A stretch of 32,000 bases of DNA from Prochlorococcus marinus subsp. pastoris str. CCMP1986 (GTDB lineage Bacteria > Cyanobacteriota > Cyanobacteriia > PCC-6307 > Cyanobiaceae): contig NC_005072.1 in assembly GCF_000011465.1 (NCBI RefSeq), positions 1 through 32,000 of the forward strand. The letters run 5' to 3'. Positions 30,289 to 32,000 of this stretch are shown in pieces; the first letter of the stretch is position 1, and every line of letters begins with the position of its first letter. The position numbers and the translations under genes were made by a program. A model generated the notes under the pieces. The model did no database searches and was not told the origin of the DNA. It saw nothing but the letters and a program-made list of their open reading frames with translations.

Positions 30289-30525
30289 ATGCAGACTTTA
30301 ATTCAGCCTGAGGTAAAACTAAATATAGTTGGTTTTGATAATTCCAATTTTCAAGTTAAAGAAAAATTAAATTATTCAAAATCTTGTTTAGATTTTAAAT
30401 TCTATCAAAAATTATTTGCAATATTTTTAGTATCTTGTGCATTTTTAATATTTCCTGAATCTCCACAAGATTCAGAAATTTTATGCAAAAAATATCAATC
30501 TACAAAGGCTTGTATGGTCTGGTAA
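30289..30525 (+). CDS. Small protein with one predicted transmembrane segment and C-terminal cysteine pair
   Basis: ATG 30289 (MQTLIQPEVKLNIVGFDNS...LFAIFLVSCAFLIF...CKKYQSTKACMVW); fills the gap between neighbours. Confidence 0.6.
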   Translation: MQTLIQPEVKLNIVGFDNSNFQVKEKLNYSKSCLDFKFYQKLFAIFLVSCAFLIFPESPQDSEILCKKYQSTKACMVW

Positions 30526-30930
30526 TTACGCGGCATTATATTCATCATTATCAAACTCGTAATTTTTATTTTTTTTACTCATAAAGGTAGGATTTGCCCA
30601 TTGTAATAATCTTAAAGCTAATCTCAGATCACCATCTAACCATGCTCTAATAGCCATAGCTCTTCTAGGATCATAAAATTTTTGTTTTCTATACCAATAC
30701 AAAGCATTATCATCTGATTTGTCGCCGTTGCATGATAAGCATGCTGGAACACAATTTTCGGTTGTACTCAAACCTCCTTGGCTTCTAGGAAGTACATGGT
30801 CAATGGATTCTGAAGGTTTTCCGCAGTATATGCAACTTTTTCCCGTAAATGTATGAATTGATTTTCGCCATTGCCTTAATCTGAATTTAGGGCATAAATC
30901 TTCTAAAAAGACAGCATCATTATAGTGCAT
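30526..30930 (-). CDS. HNH endonuclease family protein
   Basis: 134 aa; CIYCG...SIDHVLPRSQGG...NCVPACLSCNGDKSD. Confidence 0.9.
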   Translation of the reverse strand: MHYNDAVFLEDLCPKFRLRQWRKSIHTFTGKSCIYCGKPSESIDHVLPRSQGGLSTTENCVPACLSCNGDKSDDNALYWYRKQKFYDPRRAMAIRAWLDGDLRLALRLLQWANPTFMSKKNKNYEFDNDEYNAA

Positions 30931-31100
30931 TCAGATTATTTAATTTCCTATAATTTTGACCGATTCAATATAAAAGTCAATAGGTTTTTTATTATTTTTA
31001 AGACTATATTTCTTGGATTGAATATATTTTATGTATTTAATTATACCTAATAAATAATATTTAATTTATACGCTAAATGTATTTAAATATACTTTTAAGG

Positions 31101-31520
31101 TTAATAGCTATACCTATCAAAGGTTTCTTTGGAATAGTCTTCATTTTCTTTGTCTTGCAAAAGTTCTTCTTTTTTTCGCCTTTTTTCTTTTCTATCGTTT
31201 TCTAATTGTAGCTTTCTATCAGGATGAAGTTGATCTAAAAATTCAACACAATAAGAAAACTTATCTCTTTCTCTTACAACTGTTTCAATAATTTGCCCGG
31301 CGGCCTGCTTTGGAGAGGTCTTAAAAATACCCCCTTTTTGTTTCTTAATATAACTGTAAGCTGCTTGCCAACTGCTTTCATGGTCATTCCCCCCATCTCT
31401 CATTGTACAAAATATTTCTGCTCCAAAGGAACCTGCAATTGCTTTAGGGGCCAATAATAGTAATGGAACATACATTGCAACTAAAGGAAAAATGAATCTT
31501 ATCTTTTTATGCCCTTTCAT
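31101..31520 (-). CDS. Conserved secreted/periplasmic-like protein of unknown function
   Basis: 139 aa; signal-like KIRFIFPLVAMYVPLLLLAPKAIAG, two cysteines, charged C-terminal tail. Confidence 0.7.
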   Translation of the reverse strand: MKGHKKIRFIFPLVAMYVPLLLLAPKAIAGSFGAEIFCTMRDGGNDHESSWQAAYSYIKKQKGGIFKTSPKQAAGQIIETVVRERDKFSYCVEFLDQLHPDRKLQLENDRKEKRRKKEELLQDKENEDYSKETFDRYSY

Positions 31521-31578
31521 TAGTTTTTTATCTGTCTATATAAAAAGTATCTTTAATTTAGATAATGTCTAGATAAAT

Positions 31579-32000
31579 TTAAGATTTTATTATTCCAAAT
31601 AGGTTGAGCATTTTTACAACCAGTGGCAGAATTAAAAGAACAGTAACTAATCTAACTGCGTGAAGAGTTGCAACTGCTGCCCCTACTCCATATTCTGTAC
31701 CGACTAAACTCATACCACTTATCCCTCCTGGAGCAGCACCAAGAATTGTCGTGATTATATCTACATTAAGTAATCTGCTAGTCCATAAACCAATCGCTAG
31801 GCCAGTAATTATTAGTGTAAATGTGATTAAAATTGCAGGCTTCCATAAAGTTTGTAATTCAACTAATGAGTCCTTCGTTAAGCTTGTTCCAATAACAGTA
31901 CCAATGCCTATTTCTAATATGGTTCTTGTACCATTTGGCCACACGGCAGGTTCAACTTTTCCGCTGATGCCTAAAACACTTGCACCAATTAAAGCCCCTG
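31579..32000 (-). CDS. AbrB-family (duplicated membrane domain) protein, partial; continues beyond the right edge
   Basis: Frame stays open to the edge (GALIGASVLGISGKVEPAVWPNGTR...LGAAPGGISGMSLVGTEYG); the 31944 start in the ORF track is an internal GTG. Confidence 0.8.
   Translation of the reverse strand, partial: GALIGASVLGISGKVEPAVWPNGTRTILEIGIGTVIGTSLTKDSLVELQTLWKPAILITFTLIITGLAIGLWTSRLLNVDIITTILGAAPGGISGMSLVGTEYGVGAAVATLHAVRLVTVLLILPLVVKMLNLFGIIKS

Noticed and set aside
30931-31100. AT-rich gap upstream of HNH, considered as a possible ncRNA or promoter-rich region
   Set aside because: Contains only AT-rich sequence without a stable hairpin or clear promoter pair that I can support by eye.
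1-32000. Search for a defence, mobile or secondary-metabolite system
   Set aside because: Genes are housekeeping or conserved hypotheticals in tight core-genome order; no integrase, transposase, restriction methylase, reverse transcriptase, tRNA-flanked island or biosynthetic cluster seen.

Overview
This is an AT-rich, very gene-dense cyanobacterial core-genome window. The proteins and gene order look like the dnaN end of a high-light Prochlorococcus chromosome; that assignment comes from memory, not from a search. Gene order is DnaA boxes, dnaN, PRC-barrel-like ORF, purL, purF, gyrA/parC-like (-), TPR (-), queG (-), DUF502, nusB, ftsY, PP2C/SpoIIE phosphatase, argH, RRM protein, dus (-), msrB, grpE, dnaJ, TusA-like, rsgA, ybaB (-), murB (-), murC (-), gap, thiL (-), TLP40-like cyclophilin (-), efp, accB, pdxA (-), NAD-epimerase (-), small ORF, HNH (-), secreted ORF (-) and a partial AbrB-family membrane protein (-). 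I see no tRNA, rRNA, CRISPR array, IS element, prophage or defence island, and no strong candidate for a new multi-gene system. The most notable signals are: a 30-bp x5 tandem repeat inside ftsY; a 27-bp GC-rich tandem repeat in the RRM gene that keeps several frames open; six of six convergent gene pairs with zero intergenic bases; abutting DnaA boxes at the left edge; a GyrA-family protein with no GyrA box and an atypical quinolone-region sequence; an MsrB with a twin-arginine-like leader; palindromes upstream of the gyrA-like gene; and a few small conserved-looking proteins of unknown role.
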